A stretch of 64,000 nucleotides of DNA from an uncultured Verrucomicrobiae bacterium (GCA_963782205.1 CAWAIY010000007.1:43690-107689), one strand, 5' to 3'; counted from the stretch's first letter, positions 16,797 to 27,400 are shown. Made by a program: numbers and translations. The notes: a model not told the origin generated them from the letters alone.

Positions 16797-17108
16797 ATGG
16801 TTCACCACATCGGACTCTACAAACTGAAGCCCGGGGTCACCCCGGAGGAGACCGAAGAAATGATGATGCGGGCGCGGATGCAGCTCCTGAAAATCGACGA
16901 AGTGCTCAGCATCAAATGCGGGCGACGGGTCGATCCCAAGCTGCCGTGGCCTTTCTTCATCGCGATCGATTTTGAGTCGATGGACAAACAGGCAATTTTT
17001 CGGGAGGACCCGATCTACATCAAGTTCGTCGAGGAGGTGATCAAGCCGAAGACGTCTGAATGTCTGGCGCTCGACTACGAGATGGATCCCGGCAAGGATA
17101 TCTCGTGA
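16797..17108 (+). CDS. Dabb (stress-responsive alpha/beta barrel) domain protein
   Basis: MVHHIGLYKLKPGVTPEE...FFIAIDFESMDKQAIFREDPIYIKFVEEV matches Dabb. The start was moved to the ATG at 16797. Confidence 0.8.
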   Translation: MVHHIGLYKLKPGVTPEETEEMMMRARMQLLKIDEVLSIKCGRRVDPKLPWPFFIAIDFESMDKQAIFREDPIYIKFVEEVIKPKTSECLALDYEMDPGKDIS

Positions 17109-17201
17109 GACCGGAAATCGAAGGACGCAAGCCGGTGGTCGGGAGACCGATCTCCTGAGGGAAACAGATCACGAGGAGCGGGCTTCTTTCCTGCTCCACT
17201 T

Positions 17202-19163
17202 ATGACTAACGTTTCGGCGTTTCGTTGTTTGGCCATGGAACTCGCCTATCTTTATTCTCGCTATCCGGTTGTCTCGCAAACTTTTTGCGACATGGAGATG
17301 CTGGAGCTCGAGCGGCGCGGCTACGAGCTGCTCATCGGCTCCGTGCATGCACCGCTCACCAGCCTGCGGCATGAACATTTTGCCCGATTTCGCTCGCCAG
17401 TTGTCTATGCCCCGCCGGCGCCAGTCCTGCGTTTGTGGGAGAAAAAAACACGCGAGGCGGGACGCTGGCCGGAGGCCTTAATCGACCGACACGATCGGCG
17501 TTATGGCCCAGCCTTTAAGGCCGCGCTGCGAGCCCGAAATGCCTCCTATTTCGCCGACCTTTTCACCCGCCATGGAATCAAGCATTTTCATGTGCACTTC
17601 GCAAACCGCGCCGCTCACACGGCCATTTTCGTGAAAGAGATCGCGGGGATTCCCTTCAGCGTCACGGCGCACGGCCAGGATTTCATGTCGGATCTCGGGC
17701 ACGACGATTTGCTCCAGGAAATCTGTATGACGGCGGAATTTGTTGCGGTCGAAACGGACTATAGCTGCGAGTTGCTTCAAAAGCGTTGCCCGGAAGCCGC
17801 GCACAAGATTCATCGTGTTTACAACGGTCTGGACCTGGCTAATCTGCCCGCGCCTCCGGGGGGCGAGCGGCCCCCGGGTCCGACAACGATTGTGAGCGTG
17901 GGACGGCTTGTCCCCTTTAAGGGCTTTGAGATCTTGCTCGAGGCCTGCGCGGAATTGGACCGCCGCAACTTTGATTTTCGTTGCCAGATCATCGGCGACG
18001 GTCCGCTGCGCGAGAAGATGGAGACGATGATTGCGGAGCTGAAATTACGCAACCGTGTCGAACTTTGCGGTTCACTCTCGCAAGCGGACGTGTATGGGAA
18101 ATTACTTGGCTGCGACATCTTTGCCCTCGCCAGCGTGGTCGACGCCGAAGGGGCAAGCGACGTGTTCCCAACGGTGATCATGGAAGCGATGGCGTGCGCC
18201 AAACCGGTCGTCTCGACCAGGCTGGCGGGCATTCCGGAATCGGTCGTCGACGGTCTTACGGGGTTGCTGGTTCCCCCCGGAGACTGGGAGGAGTTTGCCC
18301 AGGCGCTCGACAAGCTGGTGCGCGACCCGGCGCTGCGGAAGCGAATGGGTGACGCGGGACGGCACCGGATGGAAACCGATTTCAATGTTACGAAGACGAT
18401 TGAGCCGCTGCACGAACTTTTCGCTGCCCGGCTTGCGGTCGCGCCTGCCAAGCGACCGACTGCCGGTTCGGCTTTGGAAGGAAAACAAAGCGCTTATCTG
18501 ATCGATTCCTGGCCAGACGAAAATCTCCCATTTCTCGAAATGGAGTTGCGCGCTCTGCGGCGCAACGAAGTCCCGCATCTGGCGTTTGTTTTGCATCCGC
18601 CGCTCGACTTCGATCCCGCGGCAAAGACGAACGAGCTTATGACGGATTTCGAATATCTCCCTGACGCGATGGTGGTTGAGGCGGAGTGGCAATTGCACCC
18701 GGCATTGGTGCGTGAACTGGAAGCGATGCGCGCGAATCAGAAACATCGACCTGCTTCCGATTTGTTCTTGGCCCAGGCGCGCGCGGCTCTGATCTTGCGC
18801 AGATTGTTTCTACCGCACAACATCGGTCACGTGCATGCCACCAGTTCGCGCACCTTATTATGCGCACTTTTCTTGAGGCGCCTGCTCGGGTTGAGCGTGA
18901 GCGCGGCGATTGAAACGCGCCCGATTTTGTCGGAACAGCTCATTCGGGAAGCACTCGATCAATGCGTCGGCGGGCGGAGCAATGATCGCGAGTTGCTGGC
19001 CCGACGTGGGAGCGGATTCGTCTTTGATCAGACGCTCGACAAACCATCGGTAAACGAGATCGGACCGTGGCTGACGCACAAGGCGAAGATCGAATGGAGC
19101 GGCGCCCGCTCCTTTTGGCGGGAATGGTCGCAGCAACTGATCGGTTGGACGCAGGGCGCATGA
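17202..19163 (+). CDS. family 4 glycosyltransferase (WcaL-like) with extra C-terminal domain
   Basis: The protein contains LAYLYSRYPVVSQTFCDMEMLELERRG...FALASVVDAEGASDVFPTVIMEAMACAKPVVSTRLAGIPE (the GT4 E-x7-E region). Confidence 0.85.
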   Translation: MTNVSAFRCLAMELAYLYSRYPVVSQTFCDMEMLELERRGYELLIGSVHAPLTSLRHEHFARFRSPVVYAPPAPVLRLWEKKTREAGRWPEALIDRHDRRYGPAFKAALRARNASYFADLFTRHGIKHFHVHFANRAAHTAIFVKEIAGIPFSVTAHGQDFMSDLGHDDLLQEICMTAEFVAVETDYSCELLQKRCPEAAHKIHRVYNGLDLANLPAPPGGERPPGPTTIVSVGRLVPFKGFEILLEACAELDRRNFDFRCQIIGDGPLREKMETMIAELKLRNRVELCGSLSQADVYGKLLGCDIFALASVVDAEGASDVFPTVIMEAMACAKPVVSTRLAGIPESVVDGLTGLLVPPGDWEEFAQALDKLVRDPALRKRMGDAGRHRMETDFNVTKTIEPLHELFAARLAVAPAKRPTAGSALEGKQSAYLIDSWPDENLPFLEMELRALRRNEVPHLAFVLHPPLDFDPAAKTNELMTDFEYLPDAMVVEAEWQLHPALVRELEAMRANQKHRPASDLFLAQARAALILRRLFLPHNIGHVHATSSRTLLCALFLRRLLGLSVSAAIETRPILSEQLIREALDQCVGGRSNDRELLARRGSGFVFDQTLDKPSVNEIGPWLTHKAKIEWSGARSFWREWSQQLIGWTQGA

Positions 19164-20056
19164 GCAAGAAAGCGATTCTCCTCGCCGGCGGTGCGGGGAT
19201 GCGCCTTTATCCGCTGACCAGGATTGTTTGCAAACAATTGCTGCCAGTCTACGACAAACCGATGATCTGCTACCCGCTGGCCACGCTCATGCTCGGCGGT
19301 CTGCGCGAGATTCTTGTTATCTCGACGCCGAAGGATATTCCGACGTTGCGCGACTTTCTCGGCGACGGCTCGCAGCTTGGGATCCGCCTCGAATATGCGG
19401 AGCAACCGGAGCCAAAGGGAATCGCGCAGGCCTTTCTTATCGGCGAGAAATTTATCGGCGGCGACGGCGCGGCGCTCATCCTTGGCGACAATATTTTCTA
19501 CGGCAAACTCGATTTCTTCCGCAAAGCGCTCGCGCTCGAGGATGGCGCCTGCATTTTCGGTTATCAGGTGCGCGATCCGGAACGCTACGGCGTGGTTGAG
19601 TTTGGTTCGGATGGACGCGTCATCAGCCTGGAGGAAAAACCGCAGAAGCCCAAGAGCCAGCACGCAGTCCCTGGCCTCTACGTTTACGATAACCGGGTCG
19701 TTGAATTCTGCCGAAGACTGCGTCCTTCCGCACGCGGGGAACTGGAAATTACCGATCTAAATTTGATCTACCTGCGCCAAAACTCGCTGCATGTTCGATT
19801 GTTGGGCCGCGGCATGGCCTGGCTCGATACCGGCACGCAAATCAGTCTGCTCGAGGCCGCGAATTACATCGCTACGATCGAGCATCGGCAGGGCTTGAAA
19901 GTGGCCTGCTTGGAGGAAGTCGCGCTGAGAGCCGGCTTCATCGGCCTCGCCCAAATGGGCCGGCTGATCGATCAAGTGCCCAAAGGGGAATACCGGGACT
20001 ATCTGCGCCTCGTCGCGGAGGAAGATCCCACGCAGGCGATCGGCCACTCGGCCTAG
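19160..20056 (+). CDS. rfbA: glucose-1-phosphate thymidylyltransferase
   Basis: MSKKAILLAGGAGMRLYPLT...YDKPMICYPL...GLYVYDN is the RfbA/RmlA signature. The ATG at 19160 overlaps the upstream stop (ATGA). Confidence 0.92.
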   Translation: MSKKAILLAGGAGMRLYPLTRIVCKQLLPVYDKPMICYPLATLMLGGLREILVISTPKDIPTLRDFLGDGSQLGIRLEYAEQPEPKGIAQAFLIGEKFIGGDGAALILGDNIFYGKLDFFRKALALEDGACIFGYQVRDPERYGVVEFGSDGRVISLEEKPQKPKSQHAVPGLYVYDNRVVEFCRRLRPSARGELEITDLNLIYLRQNSLHVRLLGRGMAWLDTGTQISLLEAANYIATIEHRQGLKVACLEEVALRAGFIGLAQMGRLIDQVPKGEYRDYLRLVAEEDPTQAIGHSA

Positions 20057-20200
20057 GCGGACAAGGCCGGTCGGCCGGATGCATTGTGAGCGCCTCGGCA
20101 TCTTTGTCCTGACTCTCTCAGCCCCGAACCGCGGCCGGGACGATCCGTTCGGGAGCATAAAACCTGCGCCCGGTATGAGGATTGCTCTATATTTTCTATA

Positions 20201-20638
20201 ATGCTACGTATTCACCATATTGGTGAGAGGGGTCTCACAATGGTCGAGACCGTTATCGCTATCGCGTTAATTGGCATCGGATTCAGTGGGACGATGGCCG
20301 CGCTGACAAAGTTCAATGGGTTCGCGAGTGAGAGTCGAAACGCAACCGGTGCCTACGCCGCAGCCATGAATCAGATTGATACCATACAATCAGCGACACC
20401 ATTTAATCCACCCGGACAGATTCCCCCCGTCCTCACGCTAGGGATCCAGCCCCCAGAAGACGTAAAGATTTACGAGGACGCAGATACTAACACGGTCGTT
20501 TCGGGCACGCGCACAACTACGGTTGCGGACGTCAGCGCTGGTGGAGTGACGATCTACCGCGCGACAGTAACGATCAATTATACCTACCTCGGGCGGCCCT
20601 ACTCGTTCTCGATGCAGACACTTCGCGCATCCGACTAA
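20201..20638 (+). CDS. prepilin-type N-terminal cleavage/methylation domain protein (pseudopilin)
   Basis: GLTMVETVIAIALIGIGFSG is a class III signal peptide-like N-terminus. Confidence 0.75.
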   Translation: MLRIHHIGERGLTMVETVIAIALIGIGFSGTMAALTKFNGFASESRNATGAYAAAMNQIDTIQSATPFNPPGQIPPVLTLGIQPPEDVKIYEDADTNTVVSGTRTTTVADVSAGGVTIYRATVTINYTYLGRPYSFSMQTLRASD

Positions 20639-21477
20639 TGAAGATTGTCTCTCACGCGCGCTCCGGTCTGACGCTAATCGAACTAATGGTGACAACCGTG
20701 CTGATCGGCGCGCTCGGCCTAATCATTTTTTCGCTCTTGAATACCGGCACCATACTTGGAGCAAAGAACACTGCTGTGAATACGGCCCATCAGCAGGCCC
20801 GCATCGCGATGCTGAAAATGACCCAGAACTTGCATAGCGCGGTCTCGCCGCTCGCTCTCTACGATCCAGCTACCCCAAATACGCCAGCTCCGGCCGACGG
20901 TTCGGCTCCCGGAATCCTGTTTCAACTTTGGGGAGGAGGTCCTTTTCGGATCGCGGCTGATGCGACCGCGGGCCAGAATGTCGTCAAGATCAGAGTAACG
21001 AGCGCTGAAGCGCCTAAAGTTCACCAACGCTTGATCATTCTGACCCACAACGTTGACTCGGATATCACAGCGGTGAGCGGTGCCACGAACGGGGTGGTCA
21101 CTCTGACGCTGCAAACCCCTTTGCCGGTGGATATCACCGGAACCGCAACCTTTAATATCGCCTGCTTTACCACAGACGTGTGCGCCTACGTCGTGAATAA
21201 TGGGGCCCTCGAATGGCACAGCCTCACGGCCCCGCCGCTGTTCGTTGTTTTGACTACCGGCATCACTCGGGCACAACCGTTCCAGACGCCGAACACCGGG
21301 GGTATAGGAAGCCCGCGCGTGGTCGCAGCCATCGGTCTTTCCACCGCCGACTCTCAAACCAGCAATCGTGGTTTCAAATCCGCCAACATTCTTCTCAACG
21401 GGACCGTTCCGACCAAAGCCAAACTAACAGTAGCTGCCACACCACTTCCACTTCCAATTCCATTCCCAACCCCATAA
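20638..21477 (+). CDS. prepilin-type N-terminal cleavage/methylation domain protein (pseudopilin)
   Basis: The N-terminus contains SGLTLIELMVTTVLIGAL. The start overlaps the upstream stop. Confidence 0.75.
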   Translation: MKIVSHARSGLTLIELMVTTVLIGALGLIIFSLLNTGTILGAKNTAVNTAHQQARIAMLKMTQNLHSAVSPLALYDPATPNTPAPADGSAPGILFQLWGGGPFRIAADATAGQNVVKIRVTSAEAPKVHQRLIILTHNVDSDITAVSGATNGVVTLTLQTPLPVDITGTATFNIACFTTDVCAYVVNNGALEWHSLTAPPLFVVLTTGITRAQPFQTPNTGGIGSPRVVAAIGLSTADSQTSNRGFKSANILLNGTVPTKAKLTVAATPLPLPIPFPTP

Positions 21478-21480
21478 TCC

Positions 21481-23301
21481 ATGAAACAAACAATACGTAA
21501 GCAAGAAGCCGGAACCGCGATCGTCCTTGTGATCTCGATCCTCGCCACTCTGGTGGTGATCGTAGGCATTGCCGCCGAATACACGACGAACGTGGGTCGT
21601 AATGTACAACGTTCCGTCGCCCTGGAGAGCGCAGTCGCGGTTGCGGATGGCTGCCTCGAAAATAGCTTCGCGCGCTGGCGCCAGCTCTGCCAGACGCCTC
21701 CCACACCCTTACCCACCACCAACCAGTTGGCTAGCCTGGCGTTGCCGACACAAGCACAATTCCCAGGTATTCCAAACTTCACCGCAACCCGAGCCGATTA
21801 CGACCCGGCCAATACTTCGACCGTGCAACAATGCAAAGTCGTGGCGGTTGACCCCGAAGAAGTCCCTATGGACCCCAACACCGTGCCCACCGCAAGCGTT
21901 GGACAGGCGGGAAACGGGGACAACACTTACAACTATCTAGCCACTGCATATGTCACTCTTCCCACCTTGCGAGGCAACGTCGTGGCAAAAGTTCGGCGTA
22001 TCTTTCAAGAACAACAAATCTCCCCATGGAACTACGCTATCTTTTACAATGATCCACTCGAAATCCACCCTGGTCCCGATTTCTACATTAACGGATGGGT
22101 TCATACCAATTCCGACCTTTACACCGACCACAAAAGCCTGCACTTTATGGATAAGGCTACCTTTTCGGGTCAATGGTCTATCGGTTTTATGCCGGGAGAT
22201 TCGTCACACGACCCCAACGATCCAGCCAACGGACCGCCTACGTGGCCGATGAACCCGGAGATCAGGCCAGACTACGATTCTACTCATCAACCCTTCAATA
22301 TTGACCCAGGCACATTCGACCCTGGGAACCCAAACGATACTGGTTATCACGAATTGATTGAGCCGCCGGTCCTGCCGTTAAGCGCCAACCCCGACCCGTT
22401 GAGCAGCTATCGATACTTCAACCAGGCGGGAATCATCATCCAAGTCACTGACCACGGCAGCGCTGATACTGTAACGCTCCTAAGGCCCAATGGCGATGGC
22501 ACCACCACCACCTTGACAGCATCGAGCAGCGGAGAAGACCTAAAACTTTACAACATGTTTACCGCGAGTGGAGTGATTACAACCAATCAATCTTTCCAGG
22601 ACAATCGCGAGCAAGCCTCCGTTCGTGTGACCACTCTGGATATCAGCAAGCTCACAAAGAACTCTGGCACGCAATGGAACAAGACGGGAACCCCCTTTAA
22701 CGGAATTATTTATCTCAACAATACAAGCGCCGCCCCCAACGGAATTGGAGCGAAGCGCGGCTTTCGCTTAAAAAATGGCGCTTTCATTCCAACCAATGGA
22801 TTGACCGTCGCGAGCGCCAACCCCGTTTATATTCAAGGAGACTTCAACACCGGAAGCAACCCTCCGTCGAACAGCGGCGATCCGACGAAACCGCAGGCCG
22901 CCGGTTATACCCGCCAGCCCTGCTCGGTAATTGCCGACGCCGTCAACCTCCTTTCCAATTCCTGGAATGACGCCACTTCTTTTGGCACCGCCTCCAATAC
23001 GACCTATAATACGGCGATTTTGTCCGGCATTATCCCAAGCGGCAATGGCAATTACAGCGGCGGCGCGGAGAACTTTCCACGCTTCCTCGAGAATTGGAGC
23101 AACAAGTCATTGACCTATTACGGCTCGATGGTCGAGCTCTACAACAGCCAGCAAGCTATCGGGATTTGGAGGTACGGATCGCCCGTCTATAATGCTCCCG
23201 TTCGGAATTGGTACTTTGATACGAATTTCCGACTCAAATCTCCTCCGGGCACGCTCCTGACTTTTACCTACAGCAAAGGCAGATGGTCTCTCGTTCCTTA
23301 A
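21481..23301 (+). CDS. large PilX/GspK-like minor pilin-associated protein
   Basis: The N-terminus KQEAGTAIVLVISILATLVVIVGIAAEYT resembles PilX_N-like anchors, and the gene sits in an operon with two pseudopilins. Confidence 0.6.
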   Translation: MKQTIRKQEAGTAIVLVISILATLVVIVGIAAEYTTNVGRNVQRSVALESAVAVADGCLENSFARWRQLCQTPPTPLPTTNQLASLALPTQAQFPGIPNFTATRADYDPANTSTVQQCKVVAVDPEEVPMDPNTVPTASVGQAGNGDNTYNYLATAYVTLPTLRGNVVAKVRRIFQEQQISPWNYAIFYNDPLEIHPGPDFYINGWVHTNSDLYTDHKSLHFMDKATFSGQWSIGFMPGDSSHDPNDPANGPPTWPMNPEIRPDYDSTHQPFNIDPGTFDPGNPNDTGYHELIEPPVLPLSANPDPLSSYRYFNQAGIIIQVTDHGSADTVTLLRPNGDGTTTTLTASSSGEDLKLYNMFTASGVITTNQSFQDNREQASVRVTTLDISKLTKNSGTQWNKTGTPFNGIIYLNNTSAAPNGIGAKRGFRLKNGAFIPTNGLTVASANPVYIQGDFNTGSNPPSNSGDPTKPQAAGYTRQPCSVIADAVNLLSNSWNDATSFGTASNTTYNTAILSGIIPSGNGNYSGGAENFPRFLENWSNKSLTYYGSMVELYNSQQAIGIWRYGSPVYNAPVRNWYFDTNFRLKSPPGTLLTFTYSKGRWSLVP

Positions 23302-23855
23302 CTGTCGCCTTCTTAAGCCTGGTTCTTCTTGTCGGCGCACGGGCTGAGTTGAATCTGTCACCCAAACTGGCCGATTTCGTCGGGGAGGGCATGACATTCC
23401 ACCATCTTGTCTTCTCGGACGGGAGCGGTAGCGAGATTACTTATCGGCCGCCGGACGGTTGGCAATATTCCGGGAGTGCAACAAAATTGACGCTTCATCC
23501 TCCGAACAAAGCGGAGGCGGAAGGAACAATCACGAGCGTTTCTCTTTCTCATCTCGGCGCCTTCGATGAGGAGACGATGGGACAGTTGGTGAAACAGGCC
23601 CTGGCCGAAGTTCCCGAAGACAGCACCGACCTGACTCTCGTATCCCAGGAGAAGAATCCAATCAAAATCGGAAGCAAGGAAACCTTCCTTGTAGTTATTT
23701 CTTACATGTTCTATGGCGAACGCTTTGAGCGTTCTTCAATGTTTATGAATCGCGACTCCGAACAAATACATTTTCAATTCGTCAGTCGCGCGGCGGATTT
23801 CAATGACCTCCAGCGCGCCTTTCTCGGCAGCCAGTGCACTTGGAATAATTTGTAA
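23283..23855 (+). CDS. hypothetical secreted protein, last gene of the pseudopilin operon
   Basis: Signal-peptide-like N-terminus MVSRSLTVAFLSLVLLVGARA. The ORF overlaps the upstream gene by 19 nt. Confidence 0.5.
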   Translation: MVSRSLTVAFLSLVLLVGARAELNLSPKLADFVGEGMTFHHLVFSDGSGSEITYRPPDGWQYSGSATKLTLHPPNKAEAEGTITSVSLSHLGAFDEETMGQLVKQALAEVPEDSTDLTLVSQEKNPIKIGSKETFLVVISYMFYGERFERSSMFMNRDSEQIHFQFVSRAADFNDLQRAFLGSQCTWNNL

Positions 23856-23942
23856 CGCTGAACTTCAACCGTACGGCTTGCGGAAACGCCGTTGGTTGGT
23901 TCGTTAGAGCCCGTATTACTGGGAGAATCGGCAGAAGACAAT

Positions 23943-24611
23943 CTACGAGCCTTTGGCCGCAGGAGCGGGTTGCTCCTGTAGGAGATGATTGGTATCCGCC
24001 AAGAGACGCGTTACCGCGTCGGCCTCCGTCGCATCGTAGTATCCGCGGATCACTCCGTGCCGATCGACCAGGACCAGTCGCGTGCTGTGGACAGGCCCCT
24101 CGGTACCGTCAAGTGTGGCCAGTTTGAATCCATCGCGGATCAGACGATAGATCGCGTTCTTGTCCCCGGTAAGAAATTTCCAGCGACCGGGCTGGGCGTT
24201 CAATTTTGCGGCATAATCTCGCAACACCGCCGGCGTATCATGTTGCGGGTCGACACTGAAAGAAACCAGCTTCACGTCCGTATCCCGCAGCGGCTTTTGT
24301 GTCTCGCTCATTCGAGTGCTGATCATCGGACAAGGACCAGGGCAGGTCGTGTACACAAAGTCGGCGATCCAGATTTTGCCGCGCAGTTGCTCCGTACCAA
24401 AGGGCTGACCATTCTGATCTGTTAGTTGAAATGACGGAACGATGGCGTCTTCGGGCAACTGGCGGCTGGCGAGGCGTGCGACTTCCGTTTGGCGAAGGAA
24501 GAAGAGGCCGCCGGCGGTCAGCAGCGGGATGAGAATGAGTGTCGCTTTCCAAGCGAGCGCGCTCCATGAAAGCGGCGCCCTGGTCGGAGCAAGACCGGCC
24601 GTACTGCTCAT
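23943..24611 (-). CDS. SCO1/SenC-family copper chaperone
   Basis: Thioredoxin-like fold with the CPGPCP (CxxxC) motif and a downstream His. Located in the cox cluster. Confidence 0.88.
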   Translation of the reverse strand: MSSTAGLAPTRAPLSWSALAWKATLILIPLLTAGGLFFLRQTEVARLASRQLPEDAIVPSFQLTDQNGQPFGTEQLRGKIWIADFVYTTCPGPCPMISTRMSETQKPLRDTDVKLVSFSVDPQHDTPAVLRDYAAKLNAQPGRWKFLTGDKNAIYRLIRDGFKLATLDGTEGPVHSTRLVLVDRHGVIRGYYDATEADAVTRLLADTNHLLQEQPAPAAKGS

Positions 24612-25507
24612 CGTTTCGTCAGGACGAGGGCGCCGAGCAGAAGCGGCAGGTAAATAATCGAGCCTAAAAACAGGTGGCGCGCTATTGGGAGAGTGCGGTG
24701 CATTTGAAACCGGAAGGCGAGCACAAGGAAAAGTGTGCTTAACGAGAGGGCGACCGGCAGATAGGAAAGCGAGGCGATCTCAAACCAAATCGGCGTGACG
24801 CTCGCGACGAGCAACAGTGTCGTAAAGAAAACGCTCTGCCGTCCAGTACGCCCGCCTTCCCGATCGCGACCGGAGAGCATGACGAAACCAGCGCGCGCAT
24901 AATCTTCGCGATATATCCAGCCAATCGCAAAAAAGTGCGGCAGTTGCCAGAAGAACAGAATGGCAAAGAGCGTCCAGGCGGGAAGGGCGAGATCGTTCCG
25001 CGCCGCCGCCCAGCCGATCAGCGGAGGGAGGGCGCCCGGGATCGCACCCACCAGTGTGTTCGTGATGCTGATTCGTTTGAGCGGCGTGTAGGCGAAGAGG
25101 TAAATGCCAATGGTTGCCGCGGCCAGCAGAGCGCTGATCAAATTTACGGCAATGGCCAGATAGACCACGCCGCCAACGCCGAGGATGGTCCCGACGATCA
25201 AACCTTCGCGGGGCGACATTCGGCCCGCTGGAATGGGTCGCATCCGTGTCCGCACCATGATGGCGTCGTATTGGTGCTCCCACCATTGATTAAGTGCCGC
25301 CGCGCCCCCGGCTGCCAACGCCGTGCCGGCGACGGCGTGCAAAAGCGCGACAAAATCCATCGGTCCGCGCCAACCGACGTAGAAGCCAACCGCGGTTGTG
25401 ATCAAGACCAGAAACGTCAGTCGGGCCTTCACCAACTCTGCGAGGTCGGCCATCGTCCAACCGCGCTCGATCGGAACCGCGGGCGGTTCAATCACGGCCG
25501 TTTTCAC
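24608..25507 (-). CDS. ctaB: protoheme IX farnesyltransferase (heme O synthase)
   Basis: UbiA-family polytopic protein containing ...NQWWEHQYDAIMVRTRMRPIPAGR... Located in the cox cluster. Confidence 0.92.
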   Translation of the reverse strand: MKTAVIEPPAVPIERGWTMADLAELVKARLTFLVLITTAVGFYVGWRGPMDFVALLHAVAGTALAAGGAAALNQWWEHQYDAIMVRTRMRPIPAGRMSPREGLIVGTILGVGGVVYLAIAVNLISALLAAATIGIYLFAYTPLKRISITNTLVGAIPGALPPLIGWAAARNDLALPAWTLFAILFFWQLPHFFAIGWIYREDYARAGFVMLSGRDREGGRTGRQSVFFTTLLLVASVTPIWFEIASLSYLPVALSLSTLFLVLAFRFQMHRTLPIARHLFLGSIIYLPLLLGALVLTKR

Positions 25508-26589
25508 GACGCTGCGGCCTCCGCGAGTTGAGCGCTAGTCCGAAGCGGGAACGGCGAGCTCCGTGCAACCTGGTGGAGACGAAGAAGCACGGCGGAAATG
25601 ACGATCCCGGTGGCAAACGTGATCGCGCCCACTGCAACATGCGCGGTCGCGATATCTGCGGCCTTATTGCTCCAAATCGTCCAGGCGCCCAGAGTAATTT
25701 GCAGGAGGACGAGCGCGAGCCAGAGATTCGACAGATTGCGCAAGAACGGCGGACGGGCTCGCTCTCGCCTAACGAGATACCAAAAGATGGCAATTGTCAG
25801 GCCAATGATCGCGGCGACAAACCGATGCGCCATTTGCAGCCAGATTTGGCCGGCCGACACATCGGAGAGCGCTTGCGCGTCGCGAGCTTGATTGATGCGA
25901 GCAATAGTTGCCGGATCGGTCTGCGGGATGATCTGTCCGTAGGCGAGCGGGAAGTCCAGGATCGCCAAATCACGATGCTGATGCCGCATCGTCGCCCCGA
26001 GGGCGAGTTGTCCATAGATGAAGCCGGAAATGACGATCCCAAAAATCGCGAGTGCTCGACTCGGAACATTCCCACCGAAGCTAGCGAGTCGACGCCAGAC
26101 CGGCGAAAGAGCGAGCGCAATAATGACAAGCAATCCGAGGAACGCTTGCGCGAGACAGGCATGAAAAATCCCAATCTGATCCTTCAAGAGTGTGACCCGC
26201 AGTCCGCCGAGAATTCCCTGCAGGACGACCGCCCCTAACGACACCCAGCCGAGCGTTTTCACCCATCTTTCCGCTTTCGAAAGCCAGAGCCAGATTGCCA
26301 GAATGATGGTCAAGAATCCGATTACGGACGCGATCAATCGGTGGGTATGCTCGAAGAAAACTCCGCCGACCCACTTCGAAACCGGAAAGAAAAACATGTT
26401 ATAACCGAAGGTCGTCGGCCAATCGGGCACGGCGAGTCCGACGCCCTTGCTCGTAACCATTCCGCCGCTGCAAATGAGCAAAACGGTCGCGCCCGCCGTG
26501 AACCATGCAAAGCGATAGAGAAAGCGATTTGTCTCGTAGTCGGGCATGCGCATCAGTTTGTGGTCCTCCCCGGCGCAATGCCGGTCCAC
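25504..26589 (-). CDS. ctaA: COX15/CtaA-family heme A synthase
   Basis: Eight-TM-like protein with the conserved FFEHTHRLIA and MAHRFVA His motifs. Confidence 0.85.
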   Translation of the reverse strand: MDRHCAGEDHKLMRMPDYETNRFLYRFAWFTAGATVLLICSGGMVTSKGVGLAVPDWPTTFGYNMFFFPVSKWVGGVFFEHTHRLIASVIGFLTIILAIWLWLSKAERWVKTLGWVSLGAVVLQGILGGLRVTLLKDQIGIFHACLAQAFLGLLVIIALALSPVWRRLASFGGNVPSRALAIFGIVISGFIYGQLALGATMRHQHRDLAILDFPLAYGQIIPQTDPATIARINQARDAQALSDVSAGQIWLQMAHRFVAAIIGLTIAIFWYLVRRERARPPFLRNLSNLWLALVLLQITLGAWTIWSNKAADIATAHVAVGAITFATGIVISAVLLRLHQVARSSPFPLRTSAQLAEAAAS

Positions 26590-26593
26590 TTCT

Positions 26594-27400
26594 TTATCCG
26601 CCGCCCGGGTTGGCTGTTTTTTGTGCGGCCGGCGCGGGCGGAGTGCCAGCCAGTTCCGCCCGTTCCTTCAACCACGCCTGATAATCCGCTGGCGTGTCGA
26701 CCACGAGCGTCCCTTTCATGGCGTAATGCCCGAGACCGCAGAGCTGACCACAGACGATCTCGTAGGTGCCGGTCTTGATCGGTTTGAACCACATCGGAAC
26801 TACCTGCCCTGGGATCGCATCCTGGGCGATGCGCATGCTCGGCAGGTCAAAATTATGGATCACATCCTTTGATGAAACGTCGACAATGACATTGCGATCA
26901 ACCGGCACATGCAATTCACCCAGTACCACCAGATCGTCCTTCCCGTTGGGATCTGTCGGGTCGAGTCCAATCGGATTGGAGTTACTGATAAGGTCCACGC
27001 TTTGTCGACCAAAGACTCCGTCCGGCCCGGGAAGGTGAAAATTCCAGTTAAACTGCTGGCCAATGGCCTGAACAACGATCGCATCCTTGTCGTTTGGGAA
27101 AGCGTTCACCCGTTTTGCCCAAAGCGGAATGGCAAAACCGACGAGCAGGACCGCTTCGATCAAAACTACGGCGAACTCCAAATGAGTCGAGATGCCGCTC
27201 GTGACGCCTTCGTGGTTGGCCACCGGGTTGCGGCTTTTGCGAAAACGCCAGAGGACAAAAATGAAGTAGCTCAGCCAACCGATGAAGAGCGCGCCCATGA
27301 ACCAATGGCAGAACTCGATGATGTGATCGATCTGGAACCCGTGCTCGGAGAAGTTAGCCGGCTGCCCGAGAAATTGGTTGATTAGGGCTAGACTAGTCAT
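26594..27400 (-). CDS. coxB: cytochrome c oxidase subunit II (CuA cupredoxin, no fused cytochrome c)
   Basis: Two N-terminal TM segments, and CuA ligands in VIHNF...CGQLCGLGHYAM. Confidence 0.9.
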   Translation of the reverse strand: MTSLALINQFLGQPANFSEHGFQIDHIIEFCHWFMGALFIGWLSYFIFVLWRFRKSRNPVANHEGVTSGISTHLEFAVVLIEAVLLVGFAIPLWAKRVNAFPNDKDAIVVQAIGQQFNWNFHLPGPDGVFGRQSVDLISNSNPIGLDPTDPNGKDDLVVLGELHVPVDRNVIVDVSSKDVIHNFDLPSMRIAQDAIPGQVVPMWFKPIKTGTYEIVCGQLCGLGHYAMKGTLVVDTPADYQAWLKERAELAGTPPAPAAQKTANPGGG

